The translations under genes and the position numbers were made by a program. Of a stretch of 64,000 nt of DNA, positions 1 to 13,640 are shown piece by piece (the stretch's first letter is position 1; every line of letters begins with the position of its first letter). The stretch is from Eledone cirrhosa (Eukaryota): NCBI GenBank assembly GCA_964016885.1, contig OZ024747.1, positions 91,078,001 to 91,142,000 on the forward strand, in the 5' to 3' direction. The notes under the pieces were generated by a model. It was not told the DNA's origin. It made no database searches and was given only the letters and a program-made list of their open reading frames with translations.

Positions 1-170
<170 letters not shown>

Positions 171-343
171 TAATTGAATAAACAAGAGAGATGACCACTA
201 ATATAAACATACCTGTGTTCGAATCTTTAGGACCAAGATTGCTAGGGTGAAAAAATACTAACTACAGCAATATGGTTTGTCAGACTTAATTTTAAATATT
301 AAATTATTAAATTAAGAAATATATATTGGGCAAATCGCCTGGT

Positions 344-425
344 AACAACTAGACAGTATAGGAGACTGTTTCGCAACATCTTATTAAGTGAAGTTCACAC
401 TCTTCTCTGCTCATCAGTAGTTGTT
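344..425 (-). ncRNA. Type I hammerhead ribozyme
   Basis: Minus strand reads AACAACTA-CTGATGA-GCA...TGC-GAAA-CAGT-ctcctat-ACTG-TC-TAGTTGTT. This gives an 8-bp stem I, an intact core, a 5-bp stem III and a GUC cleavage triplet. Confidence 0.85.
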
Positions 426-598
426 GAGAAATTAGTGATCCTTCCACTGCTAAAAATATTAGATACTGAATTGTGTGCGATAAGAATTATCCCACGTGAT
501 TTCGGAACCCAGCTTGTCTCAAAATTCCCTGCCGCTAAAAATAGCAGCCTGGCTGACAGGACATTAAAATTAGCTCTACATGATGGAGCCAATAAACA

Positions 599-750
599 TA
601 TAGTGAGTTAGAAACTCAGAGTAGTCTCTTACAATTAAATAGCTCTAAGAAAAATGCTTTTCCGAGCCGTACAATATTGTACGGCTCGGAAAAGCTTTTT
701 TCTTAGAGCTATTTAATTGTAAGAGACTACTCTGAGTTCCTAACTCACTA
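599..750. repeat. Near-perfect fold-back palindrome with about 75-bp arms and no spacer, next to (TA)n
   Basis: tagtgagttagaaactcagagtagtctcttac...ccgtacaatattgtacgg...gtaagagactactctgagttcctaactcacta. Confidence 0.9.
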
Positions 751-770
751 TATGTATATATATTTATTTA

Positions 771-818
<48 letters not shown>

Positions 819-819
819 C

Positions 820-933
<114 letters not shown>

Positions 934-1556
934 AATAAAATGGGGAGAAAAATACTGCTGGTAGCACATGGATAACATGTAATAAAATAAGTCCCTCATC
1001 AGTGATTTGCCGACGATCATAGATATTTCATTGCATTAAAAATCATATACCTCACGTCGGTGCAATAATAACTAAATTAAGTTATTAGGACAATTAAAAC
1101 GCGTAAAGCGAGTGAGACAAGAAAACAACAAAGAGTAGAGCTAACCGTAGAAGGAAGGAGACAAGCTTCATAGTTATTCTATTAGCATAAGCTAGGTGAA
1201 TATATGAGCGCTTAGAAAAGAGACCTTTCACGAACGAATGCAATGTGAGAAAAGAGAGAAATTGCTTTCTTCGCGAACGGGGTGAAGTGAGGAGAGGAGA
1301 AACAGTGAGTGAGTGAGTGGAAGTGTGAGGAAGAGTTAACTGACATGACAGAGGGGGCGAAAGAAAGTAGGAGAAACAGAGAGAATGGGGGAGCAGTAAG
1401 AGAGAGAGAGAGAGAGAGAAAAACAGAATCGCAGTTTGGGTAAATATATGTAATAAAATGGGGATGAATATATATGTATATATGTACATGCATATATATA
1501 TGTGTGTGTATATCTATATCTACATACACGCACATACTCACACACACACACATAAT

Positions 1557-1661
<105 letters not shown>

Positions 1662-1770
1662 GAGAGTAAGTAAAACAATTATCCGCACATTCTTTATAAC
1701 ATATCTTTTACGTTTGTCACACTACCTTCTGCTTATGCAATCTTATAGTTGGTTTTATTGTGGACTCATA

Positions 1771-1992
1771 AGGGCGGTGGATTAGCAGTATCGGTAGAGC
1801 GTGAGACAACATGCTTCGTGGCATAGAGTTATGGGCCTTTACGTTCTGTGTTCAAATCTCGCCGAGGTTAGCTTTGCCTTTCATTCTTACGGGGTCGATA
1901 AATTAAAGCACGAGTAATAAACTGGGGCCGATTTAATCGACCCCCCCCCCCATTCAAATTACTGGCCTTCTTCCTGAAGTAGAAACAATTAT
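1771..1992 (+). mobile_element. tRNA-derived SINE, full length, long form (dominant family)
   Basis: Head GGGCGGTGGATTAGCAGTATCGG (A box), GTTCAAATC (B box), central GCCTTTCAT(C/T)CTTACGGGGTCGATAAA resembling the MetaSINE domain, and tail AGAAACAATTATT. More than 25 copies occur in the window. Confidence 0.85.
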
Positions 1993-2079
1993 TGTGGTCT
2001 TGCGATCGAAGTTTCACCTTGATCGAGCACGTTTTCTTTCTGCTATTACAATGTAAACATGGCCGCTCGCTAGCAGTGT

Positions 2080-2330
2080 GCACCAGAATGTTTCCACTAC
2101 ATAACTTGTTCTATAGATTCTGGTTCATAGTGATGGACCCACGTTGCATCTCCTGTGACTATTCTATTAAAATATTCTTCACCTTTATTGTTGTAGCAGT
2201 CAATTAAACGACAGACGTCAGTACATTTGCACTTGTGCTCTGTGGTAAGCTCTCTTGACACACGTCTCACACGGACTTTATAGACGCCGAATATTCCCTT
2301 TGTATTGCTCTTGCTATGTGAGTCACATTT
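2080..2330 (-). pseudogene. Mariner (Tc1/mariner) transposase relic
   Basis: Minus-strand translation gives GEEYFNRIVTGDATWVHHYEPES..*WKHSG, matching the mariner IVTGDETWVHHYEPE motif around the first catalytic Asp. It contains a stop. Confidence 0.75.
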
Positions 2331-3410
2331 GACGCTTATTTTCTGCGTCTAAGTTTCCTACAGTCTATCATTTTTCTTTCATTCCTTCTTGTGTGCGTTT
2401 ATCGTACAGGCAGTGGCAGCCATTACGAAACCATAATCACATTACTGTCAATTAGTGTTAAGTGGCCTTGTCTATGTATATCGCAAACGCCGCCACCACC
2501 ATCATCATCAAAAGACACACTCCCACAACCACCAAGACTATCACCACCACCACCACCATGTACTTACACATACACAAATACAGTTATTTTATTTCGGACC
2601 AACTTTTTTACAAGACGTTCTAATTTGAGGAAAACATCTTCAGTTGTTATACCTCTTTCTAACGATCGTCAAAACAGTAAGTCTTCAGTGTAGAGTTTCC
2701 GTCTTATTTAGTAATCGTAGTTGAACTGCAATTGTAACGTCTGTAGTTATATCTTACTGCATCGCAAATTGAGCTTCAGCACTTCCTTTAATTATTTCAA
2801 TGAATTATATGATTAAATTTTTTTCAGTTTTCTTCATACCCTAGGTCTACCTCCCTACTCACCCCCATAGGCGCTGAGCTGGCTAGTCGCAAGTGTGAGC
2901 CTCGCGAGATGGAATGGCTTTTACAACGCATCTCCCTTACCCTTCCATTCTGTCCACAGGGAAACGCCTTTCCATTCTGTCCGCCGGGGCTGTGGGGCAG
3001 TCAGCACGTGGTACCCCATTTGCTCACAATACAGAAATATGGCGAGGGCAAGAGAGATGGAGGCGATGACAGTGGGAGTTTGACTCTTCCGTGTTCGGAC
3101 ACATTACACCTGTCATGTGGATCATGTGATAATTTCATTTCTGAACGTTTATCAATGTAGTCTCATGACCAACAACAGCAGATAGCTGTATCAATTGACT
3201 GGATTGTATGCTATTTCATCCGCACATGTCTTTCCGCCAATGATATTTGTAATTCTAATTGTCACTAGCAATATAATATCTCCGTCAATCGTGTATAATT
3301 TCCAAGCTGTTGTAGTGAAGTATTAAGATTCGGAAAAGCAATGACAAAACAGACGACACAGTACATGGAAGAAATATATTAGTTTAACGCTTGAAATAGC
3401 AGGAAGAGAG

Positions 3411-3446
3411 TTTTAACGTTTCGGACACTAGTCCTTCATCAGAAGA
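3411..3446 (-). ncRNA. Minimal hammerhead motif (PLE type)
   Basis: TT-CTGATGA-A-GGAC-tagt-GTCC-GAAACGTTA-AA. Stem III is replaced by the palindrome AACGTT and stem I is weak. Confidence 0.55.
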
Positions 3447-4255
3447 TGGAGTTAGAAATAGAAGATAAATAGAAAATAAAGATGATGAGTGGAAGGAACG
3501 GGGAAAATGAGAAAAATAAATGGGAGAAAAAAAATATACATGTGCGTATTCAGTCGGCCATCTTGGAGATTCGTAAACTGCTTTTAATTATTTGTCTTCA
3601 ACTAATGTGTGTTAAAAAGTGTTTTGGTACATTTAAAGTTTTGTGCTTTCGAAGATTTGTCTACATAAGAAACATACTTACCTTCAAGTTGTCTTTGTAA
3701 TTTAGCAGATTTCACACTTTTATTAACTGTTTTGCTTTGCATTTGATATTGTTACTACAGGCGTTGATATTTGTTTGTGTCCTGCATAAATGGAAGTTCT
3801 ACAGCTTTGTATTTAGGCCTGCAAAAACCCAATACCTTACTTAAAGACAAATAGCATCAAACTTTAGAAGAGCCTATCACCCTCCCACTTCTATCCTTCT
3901 CATGTAACCCTAGTTCCATTGTCTTTCCCTTCAGTTCCTGTTTATAAATATTTGTAGTGTTATAATTAATCGGGTTGGACGATGTTCTTCATGCATATAT
4001 TGAAGTAAATCCACAACATTAAACATATACGCTATATTTCCTCTTTTTATGAACCAGATTGATCAGCTTCAATAGTTATACACATCATCTAGCTGTTCCC
4101 ATAAATGGAATTGGAGATATACAAAAGCGTGGAGAACTTAATATTGCTAACAAACATTTTATTGGACCGTTTGACACAACCAATAATACACCTTACTATA
4201 TAACAACTCAAAGCTCCTAATTCTGTTGAGCACTTAATGCTGTTAAGCAAGGAAT

Positions 4256-7011
4256 ATGATGGAGAAATTCTCGGTGAACTCTTCGCTCAAGGACATCCCT
4301 TTGCCTAGCATGAAAGAATTCACAAGGTTGGCCATAGGTAAATCGGACTCCTTTGTCCGTAGAATGCATTGGAAGGCCTTCCACTTCGACAGAGGAACAC
4401 CAACAAACCACCCCAGGGAGGAAACGCGCGGCATCGAGGGAAAATCCAAATACAGAAGAAACCCACCGCACAATAAGTACCTGAAGGAATTCGAGGCTGA
4501 AATGTCTAACATAGTGTCCAACCTTAAGTTTAGGAAAAACCTACTCAGGGGAAAAAGCTACTTAAGAAGACTGAACGGTGATCTAGGAAAACTAAGGAAC
4601 TCGACCGGCATTCTGGTGCACGCAGCTAAAACTAACAACCTGTACGATATGGATAGAGTAACCTATGACGACTTGATAATCAGAGAACTTAGAAAAAGCT
4701 ACAAAAAAACTACACGGGCCAACCTGTATTTAATCAACACGGAGGCCAATAGCGTCATGACTCAACTGGGTATTGAAGATAAAACCGAACCCTTCCATCC
4801 TAGAATTCCGAGGATTTTATTGAAAGATCACAAGTTAAACTTTGAATCATCAAGACCTGTCAGGCTGATAGCCCCTTTAAAGTCAGACATAGGAATCGTG
4901 AGTAAAAACATTCTTGATAAAATAATCACCACTCTAGTTAGGAGATCGAAGTTTAAATTATGGTCAGGAACTAGTGAGGTAATTAACTGGTTTGAGAAAT
5001 CGCAGAATAAGAATAGCACTAAGTTTAAACAGTTCGATATCTCTAACTACTACTCTTCGATCTCTCCAACTCTTCTAGGTAAGGCCCTAAACTTTGCTAG
5101 CTTACACACCGACCTTACATCTGAAGAAATTAACATTATTCTCCTAGCTAGGAAAACCTTAATTGAGTTCAACGGTGACTTGTGGACCAGGAAAGATTGA
5201 CCGGACAATTTCGACAACACGATGGGATCCACGGACTCGACCCAGGTGACTGATCTGGTGGGCCTTTACTTCCTCGACTGTCTCAGAGTGGAAATGCCTC
5301 ACTTGGGAGGTGGCGCTTACCGTGACGACGTTTTGTTTACGGTATCGTTCCATAATAATAGTATGGTAGAGAGGGTGAGGAAAAAACTAAGCAAATTTTT
5401 CAACAACATAGACCTAAGTATAGTATTTGAAGAAAACCTGAAGATAGTTAATTTTCTAGATGTTACACTTAACCTCAATTCAGGATTCTTCCAACCCTAC
5501 CACAAACCCAACGAAAATCTAAATTATGTCAACGTAAAATCGAACCATCCTAGAATAGTCACTAATGGTATTACCAAAAGCGTCTCTAGTAGAATTTCAG
5601 GACTATCTTCCAATGAAGAGACCTTTGATAGGATCTCGAATTACTATAATAGCGCCCTGGAACGCACGGGGCATAGCGAGGGAATCTCATTCAAACGTCC
5701 ATTAAATAGTAGTAGCAACATTGCCTGCGATAGCTTAGGCTAAAATAGTGACACATTATTTAACAGCAGGCGGGATGTGAGGGAAGATCAATATAGACTT
5801 CATGTTGTATTGCCTCCTAGTCCCAATGTCGATAAGGGAACCAATCACCCAGGTACAAACACGGGGTCTGAGCACCGTAATGCCAGCGGAAACTCTAATT
5901 GTAACCTTAATTGTAGAACTGATAAAACGACCGTTGAACGTAAAATGGAACGAGGGCCGAGTAGAGGAAATAGGAATAGATGTAGAAGGCGCATAGTGGA
6001 TATAACCCTGGCTATCGAGGGTAATCCCAATGGCTGCACCGCCCCGGAGACATGGGACGATTCCGAACACAATCGAGACACCCCAGAAAACCATCGACCC
6101 ACAGACAGTTTTCAGTTATAATAGACCAGTAGCTACTAGGGAGATAGATAACTCCAGTATAGATAGCAAGAACAAGAGGCATCGCACCAGAAAAATCCTG
6201 TGGTATAACCCCCCTTACTCCACTGGCCTAACCACTAGTATAGCTAAGCTTTTCTTTAGGGCCTTAGACAAAATGCTTCCCTAGATCACACAGATACTAT
6301 AAAATATTCAATAGGAATAACATTAAGCTGTCCTACTCCACAACCAGTAACATAGCTCAGAATATAGCTAAGATGAATTATAGTAGACTTAGGACAGCTC
6401 AAGGGGGGATAAGACATGGCAGAACTAATGGCAGCTCTATGGATTAACGGACTCATACACGTGAGGTGAGTCGGGTCACCCCAACTTCTGGGAACTTACC
6501 TATAGAGCAGAGAAGAACTGAGACCCGACCCTAGAGGTACCGTGGTTCCTCTGGAACTACCCAGGCCGATAGCAGAAAATGTAATTGCAGGAACACCGCC
6601 ACTTGTCCCTTGGCTGGGAAATGCCTCACCAAAAACATAGTCTACGACTGTAAGGTCTCCACTTTAGATAGAACCTTCAGATATGTTGGGTCAACTGCCA
6701 CTGAATTTAAGGATAGATGGTATAATCACCGCCATACCTTTAATAGATTAGATAAAAGAAATAGCACGGCGTTTTCTGAATTAGTCTGGAAGCTTAAACA
6801 ACAGAATATAGAGCACTTCTTATCCTGGTCCATAATTTGCTTAGCCCAGTCATATAACGGCAGCACTGGCGTTTGTAATTTGTGTATAGCTGAAACCTTT
6901 AATATTATTAGAGGCGCCCCCCTCCCCCTATTAATCAATAGGAGAGCAGACCTTTTCAGCAAATGCCAACATAGAACCTCGAAAACCTTCCGTAGGATTT
7001 TTGGAAAGTAA
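4256..7011 (+). pseudogene. PLE reverse transcriptase plus GIY-YIG endonuclease (Naiad-like), disrupted
   Basis: RT motifs QFDISNYYSSI, MGSTDS, AYRDD and FLDV. Linker RKILWYNPPY and CNCRN..CPLAGKC. Endonuclease NIVY..YVGST..FKDRWYNH..CNLC. In-frame TGA at 5198, TAA at 5741, further TAA/TAG stops and two frameshifts near 6050-6120 and 6280. Confidence 0.9.
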
Positions 7012-7043
7012 CCTACCATTAACTCCTCCCTCTCTACCTTAGC

Positions 7044-7495
7044 CGCAGAGTTCTCTCAATTAGCAAAAAGCAGACAATCACTCACTCAGGTAGTTAGACA
7101 GCGAAGATCGTTTGCTCACTTACAAACGGTACTCGGACTGTTTCCACAGAGTTCTCACAGCTGAGTGCACATTAGAATACTTAGTTAGTAAATAGTTAGA
7201 AAGATTACACACTCAGGTAAGACCGATTATGCGCATTCACCATTACTTTAGGATACCCTAACCACTGAGTTCTCTCGGTTGGGATATAGCTAGGCGTATT
7301 ACACACTCAGTTAAGACTAATTACGCTATCTATACATAACTCTACACACAATACCCGGTTTCTTTAGACACTGAGTTCCCACAGTTATTACTGGTCACGT
7401 TCCTATCGATTGAATACTACACTAGGTTTTGATCCGTGATCATCTAACCATGGAGTGCTCACGGTTACAGATTGGACAATAATACTTACACACCA
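7044..7495 (+). repeat. Diverged array of 80-120-bp units in the PLE 3' UTR
   Basis: Motif CACWGAGTTCYCWCRGTT at 7044, 7145, 7263, 7369 and 7449, with partner (TTACA)CACTCAGKT at 7083, 7205 and 7299. Confidence 0.6.
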
Positions 7496-8323
7496 TTAAT
7501 GGGCCTACACACATTCTCTGGGTTTTGCTATTATTTGTTATTTTATTTTGCATTTTGTGTTGGATAACACACCTCCACCACTCAAACACCTATCTTAAAA
7601 GCCCAAGGGCCCATATGACGGGAAATCGCACATACTGACACCTTAACCCAAGTACCCAACCCTACACAGAGCCCCTTGGTGGCCCACATAGCGGTTGCTT
7701 GCACGCACAGATTTGGGGACTCAGATTCTCAATGGGACAACGGCACATACTGAGTTCGATATGAGCTGACAACTTGCTCTTCGCAGGGATATGTATATAC
7801 CTAAACATACACTTTTTTGGACGATACGGATGTGTATATACCATAACATACACTATTTGGAGATACGGATGTTACAATTCAATCTATACACGTATAGCAG
7901 ATCATTGAACTGAACTTACACGCGTGTGTATAGGGCTGCGGTTGACCCAATTTTTCAAATTTGCATCGTCAAATTGAGATTTGACCAATATAACATTTGT
8001 TGTTTTGTAAACTAACTTTCGGTGAATACTATGTTGGTATATTTGTATTTTTCTTTTTTCTTTAACCTCGTGTCGGTGTGTGTGAGTGTGTGTGTGTACT
8101 CACTCACAATAACTGTGACGGACTGTAATTCTACAGATTTGATTGATGTCCAGCGTCTTTTACAGCTACTGGGAGATAGAGACTTGATAGTTTTATGACC
8201 CTAACTGAGGACGATACCAGTCGCCGTGTTCTGACTGCTTGATCTTCAAATGAGGGACTAAACTCTGTGAGTGAACACCGTTAATTTTCTCCCTCATATC
8301 AAGGATTTGAAGACAATTCATTT

Positions 8324-8397
8324 TCACCTGACGAGGTCAGTGATAATCGATCATGGCTACACGATCGATCTATCTCTTATTGAAACATGTGTCGTGA
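8324..8397 (+). ncRNA. Hammerhead ribozyme of the PLE pLTR
   Basis: TCAC-CTGACGA-G..ATCGATC..GATCGAT..T-GAAA-C-atgt-G-TC-GTGA, with palindromic ACATGT at stem III. Confidence 0.75.
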
Positions 8398-8575
8398 TTA
8401 AAATGATTGGAATTTATACCATGCTTTCGGATCTTTATTTTGATACAAATACTTCGTTTTACATCATCTAGCTGTTCCCATAAATGGAATTGGAGATATA
8501 CAAAAGCGTGAAGAACTTAATATTGCTAACAAAAATGTTATTGAAGCGTTTGACACAACCAATAATACACCTTAC

Positions 8576-8619
<44 letters not shown>

Positions 8620-8627
<8 letters not shown>

Positions 8628-8716
8628 TTAGTTAAGCAAAACAAGACCACAAATTTCACAAGGAAGTCATTATTTAAAGATTGTCAACATAGTTGTAGTT
8701 TAATGTAAGGATTGTA

Positions 8717-8764
<48 letters not shown>

Positions 8765-9060
8765 AATAATGTCCGTTTACAATTGTTTCGCTACTCCATA
8801 TAATGTTTCTTATTATACTTTACGATCTGAGTTCAAATCCCGCCGAGGTTGACTTTGCCTTTCATCCTTACGGGGTCGATAAAATAAAGTACCAGTAATG
8901 CACTGGGTAATTGCTGGCCTTGTGCCTAAAGTAGAAACAATTATATTATTATATTATTATTCTTTACATTCCTTACATTAAACTACAACTATGTTGACAA
9001 TCTTTAAATAATGTCTTCCTTGTGAAATTTGAGGTCTTGTCTAGCTTAACTAATGAATAT
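8620..9060. repeat. Inverted duplication (8620-8725 and 8955-9060) enclosing (AAT)n and a 5'-truncated SINE (8824-8942)
   Basis: atattcattagttaagc...tgtaaggattgtaaa is the reverse complement of tttacattccttaca...gcttaactaatgaatat. Confidence 0.85.
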
Positions 9061-9230
9061 TTCCAGCTCTGCGCACCTAACCTCTGCATGAACCCAGCCA
9101 CCTAGCTGCCTTCCACTGCATATTGCGCATTGAGCACATGCCTTTACGCTTTTGGCTTCTAACTAATTCACCAATCTGTCTTCTCCTCTCCTATCTCCAT
9201 CTCTCTCTTTAAGATTGGTTACTCTTGAAC

Positions 9231-9400
<170 letters not shown>

Positions 9401-9515
9401 CATACATACATACACACATATATACATACTTACGTACACACATACATATATACACACATACACACATACACATATACGCATACTCATTCAAACACATACA
9501 TACATATATATATAC

Positions 9516-9630
<115 letters not shown>

Positions 9631-9992
9631 AGCAACTCATTCCATGTCACGCTTTGAGGTGAGTCGGCGTATTTAATCATTTAATTGTTCCCTAAAAAAA
9701 TCGATACTTTGCTCTGCTCTGCTTCTATCAGAGCTGGCCCGGGGCTAAACTGCAAAATAACCGAGGCAAATAACTCTTTTTTTTTTCATACTTCGATGAA
9801 CGCTAGGATAACAAAAAGTAAGAAAAAAAGTATTTAGTAAGAGAACCTTAAGCAGAATACTAAATAATAATACCAAATAACCTTTTAATTAGTAGTCATT
9901 GCAGTAGCATTTTCTTAAAGTATATAAAGGTTTGGAAATATTTAATTTAGTTGACTTGAGGGATTTGAAATTTGAAAATATCCTCACCATAA

Positions 9993-10712
9993 TGCTTTCT
10001 TATATAGGCACGAGGCCAGCAATTTTTGGGGAAGGGGAAAGTCAATTAAATCGATTCCAGTGCGTGACTGGTACTTTATTTTATCAACCCCGTAATGATG
10101 AAAGGCAAAGTTAACCCAGGCGGAATTTGAACTCAGATCATAGGGGGCCGTAACTCTTTGCTGCAAAGTATGGCATCCGATCCTCTACCGATACTGCCAG
10201 TCCACCGCCCTAAAAATGTCCTTACCATAATGATAACTTTAATAATGGTTTCTGATTTAGGAACAAGGCCAGCAATTAGCCAGTACATTACTGGTACTTT
10301 ATTTTATCGACCCCCTAAGGATGAAAGGCAAAGTTAACCTCGGCGGGATTTGAACTCTCACTGTAAAGGGACGTAACTATGCTAGAAAGCATGGCGTCCA
10401 ACCCTCTACCGATACTGCCTATTCAATAATGGTTTCTGATTTAGGTACAAGGCCATCAATTTTTTTGCGGGAGGGGAAAGTCGATTAAATCGGCCCCAGT
10501 GCGTAACTGGTGATTTATTTTATCGACCTCCTAAGGATGAAAGGCAAAACTAACCTCGGTGGGATTTGAACTATTGCCAATCCACAAGGCCAGCAATTAC
10601 CCCAGTGTGTGACTGGTACTTTGTTTTATCGACCGCGTAAGGATGAAAGGCAAAGTTAACCTCAGCGCCATTTGAACATAAAGGGCCATAAATGGACGTA
10701 ACTCTATGCTGC
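9993..10712 (-). mobile_element. Cluster of four head-to-tail SINE copies
   Basis: Four repeats of GGCCAGCAATT...GGTACTTTATTTTATCGAC...GATGAAAGGCAAAGTTAACCTCGG..ATTTGAAC. Confidence 0.9.
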
Positions 10713-10979
10713 AAATTAATACCTGATAACTATACATGATTGTTAAATAAATTGGGTGACGTACCACTGGAGACAAAAAAATAACCTTTAACCAGGCATC
10801 TATCACCCAGTGTATAAGAGATGTGTAATTCGATTCCCTGCTGGCGTCTGTTTCCCCCGCCCCAGGCAACAAGGTTACTTCATCCGACTTATTTAACTAT
10901 TGTTTATAGTTGGACAACTATAATTTAAAATCTAATTGAGGTTTAAATACAAACGTTGCACTATATTTTCCCATTTTGT

Positions 10980-11212
10980 CACCACCACTACTACCACACC
11001 ACCACCACCAGCCCCACACCACTACTACCACACCGCCACCACCACCACTACTAACCCGCCCACACCACCACCACCACCACTACAACCACCATTACTACCA
11101 CCGCCACAACCACCACTACCACCACCACTACCACCACCACTACTACCACCGCCACAACCACCACTACCACCACCACTACAACCACCACTACTACCACCAC
11201 CACCACCAACAA
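10980..11212. repeat. (CCA)n/(CTA)n compound microsatellite
   Basis: Direct inspection. Confidence 0.9.
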
Positions 11213-12805
11213 CATTTCACCCCGTTTGGGGGACACTTTTTATCATGGTACTCCCCATTTGGGTTTTTAGAGGTTAACAGGTCTGCATATTAATCTACCA
11301 GTAATTGATCTACCAGTATATTATTTTCTTGTATTTGTTTTCTAAATACTAATCCGTTATGTTGTTTCCAGTTCTGTATTTTTGTTGACACGTCGTGTAA
11401 TTTGGAGATTTCCTATAAAACCCATATATTACAAAGCTAAGAGTACAAGTGACTGACTGGGTAAGATACAGGGGTGCTAAATGAAAGATTCACAGTTCTT
11501 CGTATACTATCAGGATCACAGTGACAAGCAGAGGGTGGTTAAGAAACTAGCCACATTTACTACCATGATTGAGAATTCGAACTCACGATATCGATTTTCA
11601 AATAAACTCACCTGACTGAATCGTCTATTCTTGTTGTGCTAAATAACTCATAAACTAGTTTTAATATTGCTATCTTAGTGATCTCGTGGGACTTGATATA
11701 ACTGTTTAGCGGGTCAGACTTTGTGCTGTCTGTTTCTTTGCCTGAAGTTTGGGAAATAGTTTACAGTAAATGAAATTACAACGTTAAATGTCTACATAAT
11801 ATAGAAACGTAAAATAGTTTTTGAGGTAACATAGCGTATCAAAAGACACAAGCTATTCCCAGTCAAAGTGGAATTGATAAGTATAATTAATTATATGTTT
11901 CTTTTAAATTACGTGCCACCTCTTGTATTTCTTTTAAAAGAAAACTGCCATCAATTTTCCTTGTCTTTGGGGTTTTAATCTGTTGGGCAATGAGCGTTTT
12001 CAATGCAATAGAACTTCTAAAGTGTTTTCCCTACTTTTATTATTATTATATTAACGATACCGCCTTCAATTAAAGAAAATATTTATAGTTTTTCCACATT
12101 TTATAATATGTTGTTTTGTTTTCTATATAATATCAAGTGATTTCTGAAGTATGAGAAAATAGTATTTATTTGAACAGAATAATGTTAGTAGTAGTTTTAT
12201 TAACCTACATTCATCTTTAATTTCAACGCTAAAAAGATTGTATCAGTTTCCACCACATTAGCTGTTACTATTTTCTTATTTCTGTTAAATTTTTTCTCTC
12301 TCCAAATACTATATTTTATAATATTTCAGACAATGCAGTTTTATCAGTGACATTTTTCTATTTTTTGCACTGGTGGATGTTAATATTGATTCAGTAGCTG
12401 TGGATGCTGCAGATGTCTAATGCTATAAAATGGTCATTCACTTCCATATAGCATGTGACGAGTTGTGCTTATGGTGAAAACATTGAAAGCTAAAAAAAAA
12501 AAAAAAATAACAAAAACAAAAAAAAAGAAACAAAAAAAAAACTGAGTACAGCCATGCAAAACTCAATTTCCTCCGGTTAGGTTTTATATCTAAATCTTAT
12601 GTTGCGGTCAGTTCAATCAATGATGACCCTGTCTTACTAAAGCGATGCTTTTGTAGACCTGGTGGCATGTTTGGTTTAGGGGAATATTGTGACATCAGTA
12701 TTAGGTGTTGTGCGTGACATATAAACTTTAGAGACTCTTGCACTGGAGTCATCACACATTGCAAACTGTAGGAGCTCTGAAATAGAAAATTATATTATTA
12801 GAATT

Positions 12806-12965
12806 GGCGCCATGCTTTGCAGCAAAGAGTTACAGCCCTTTATGATCTGAGTTCAAATCCCGCCGAGGTTAACTTTGCCTTTCATCCTTACGGGATCAAT
12901 AAAATAAAGTACCAGTAATGTACTGAGATAATTGCTGACCTTGTGCTAAAAGCAGAAACAATTAT
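12806..12965 (+). mobile_element. SINE copy, short form, 5'-truncated
   Basis: B box, central domain and AGAAACAATTATT tail. Confidence 0.85.
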
Positions 12966-13385
12966 TATTATATATTATAATTAATGGTATTATATATTAT
13001 ATTATTAAAACAAAAAATAATGAAAGTTTAAAAAATATGTGACAAGGGGTAAATTGGTAGTAGAGACAAAATGATGTTAAAGAAGAAGGAATAGAAAAAG
13101 AAGCAGGAAGAAGGAACTGAATGGTGTAAACCTCAACGAGAGAAGCTGTACTTTCGAACGAAACTCATTGATATTTATCCTGCTTGAATTATAGAAATAA
13201 TTCATTCTAACTCTTGCCTTCTTAAACGCAGTGACTAAACTGTTGGGAAGCTGTAACATCGCTGTTATCCACAAAGTGTGATATACACACACATATATAT
13301 GTATATATACATACACATATACATATGTATATATATAGAATAAGTAAAAGCGAAGTAGTTTCAGATGTTCAAGTCCTTTAATAAT

Positions 13386-13564
13386 AATTGTTTCTACTTT
13401 TGGCACAAGGCCAGCAATTATCCCAGTGTATTACTGGTACTTTATTTTATCGACCCCGTAAGGATGAAAGGCAAAGTTAACCTCGGCGGCATTTGAACTC
13501 AATCCGTAAAGGGACGTAACTGTGCTGCAAAGCATGGCGTCCGACCCTCTATCGATACTGCCAA
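13386..13564 (-). mobile_element. SINE nested in the inverted copy just 3' of its hammerhead
   Basis: Element sequence resumes on both sides (..cctttaataataat | SINE | atgctgtgatata..). Confidence 0.85.
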
Positions 13565-13566
13565 AT

Positions 13567-13640
13567 GCTGTGATATATATTTCAATGACGACACTGCCCA
13601 CACTGTTCTGTGTGCGAGTGTCGTGACATCATCAGACAGC
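13567..13640 (-). ncRNA. Hammerhead ribozyme (13-16 kb family)
   Basis: Reverse complement of 15954-16027. Confidence 0.7.

Larger units (their letters stand above)
4082..8579 (+). mobile_element. Penelope-like retroelement, near full length and decayed, in partial-tandem pLTR arrangement
   Basis: RT plus GIY-YIG ORF. A direct repeat of about 120 bp at 4082-4200 matches 8461-8579. There is a hammerhead in the 3' region and the element ends in (TA)n. Confidence 0.92.

Noticed and set aside
5198-5200. In-frame TGA in the PLE RT as possible selenocysteine (reported for some Naiads)
   Set aside because: The copy also has TAA/TAG stops and frameshifts, and the conserved Cys cluster uses TGT/TGC. 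A nonsense mutation is more likely, though a family consensus would settle it.
11300-13330. Possible host exons in repeat-poor stretches (also 29.5-31 kb, 43-45.5 kb and 62-63 kb)
   Set aside because: No ORF with a recognisable domain. Short exons cannot be excluded without transcript data.
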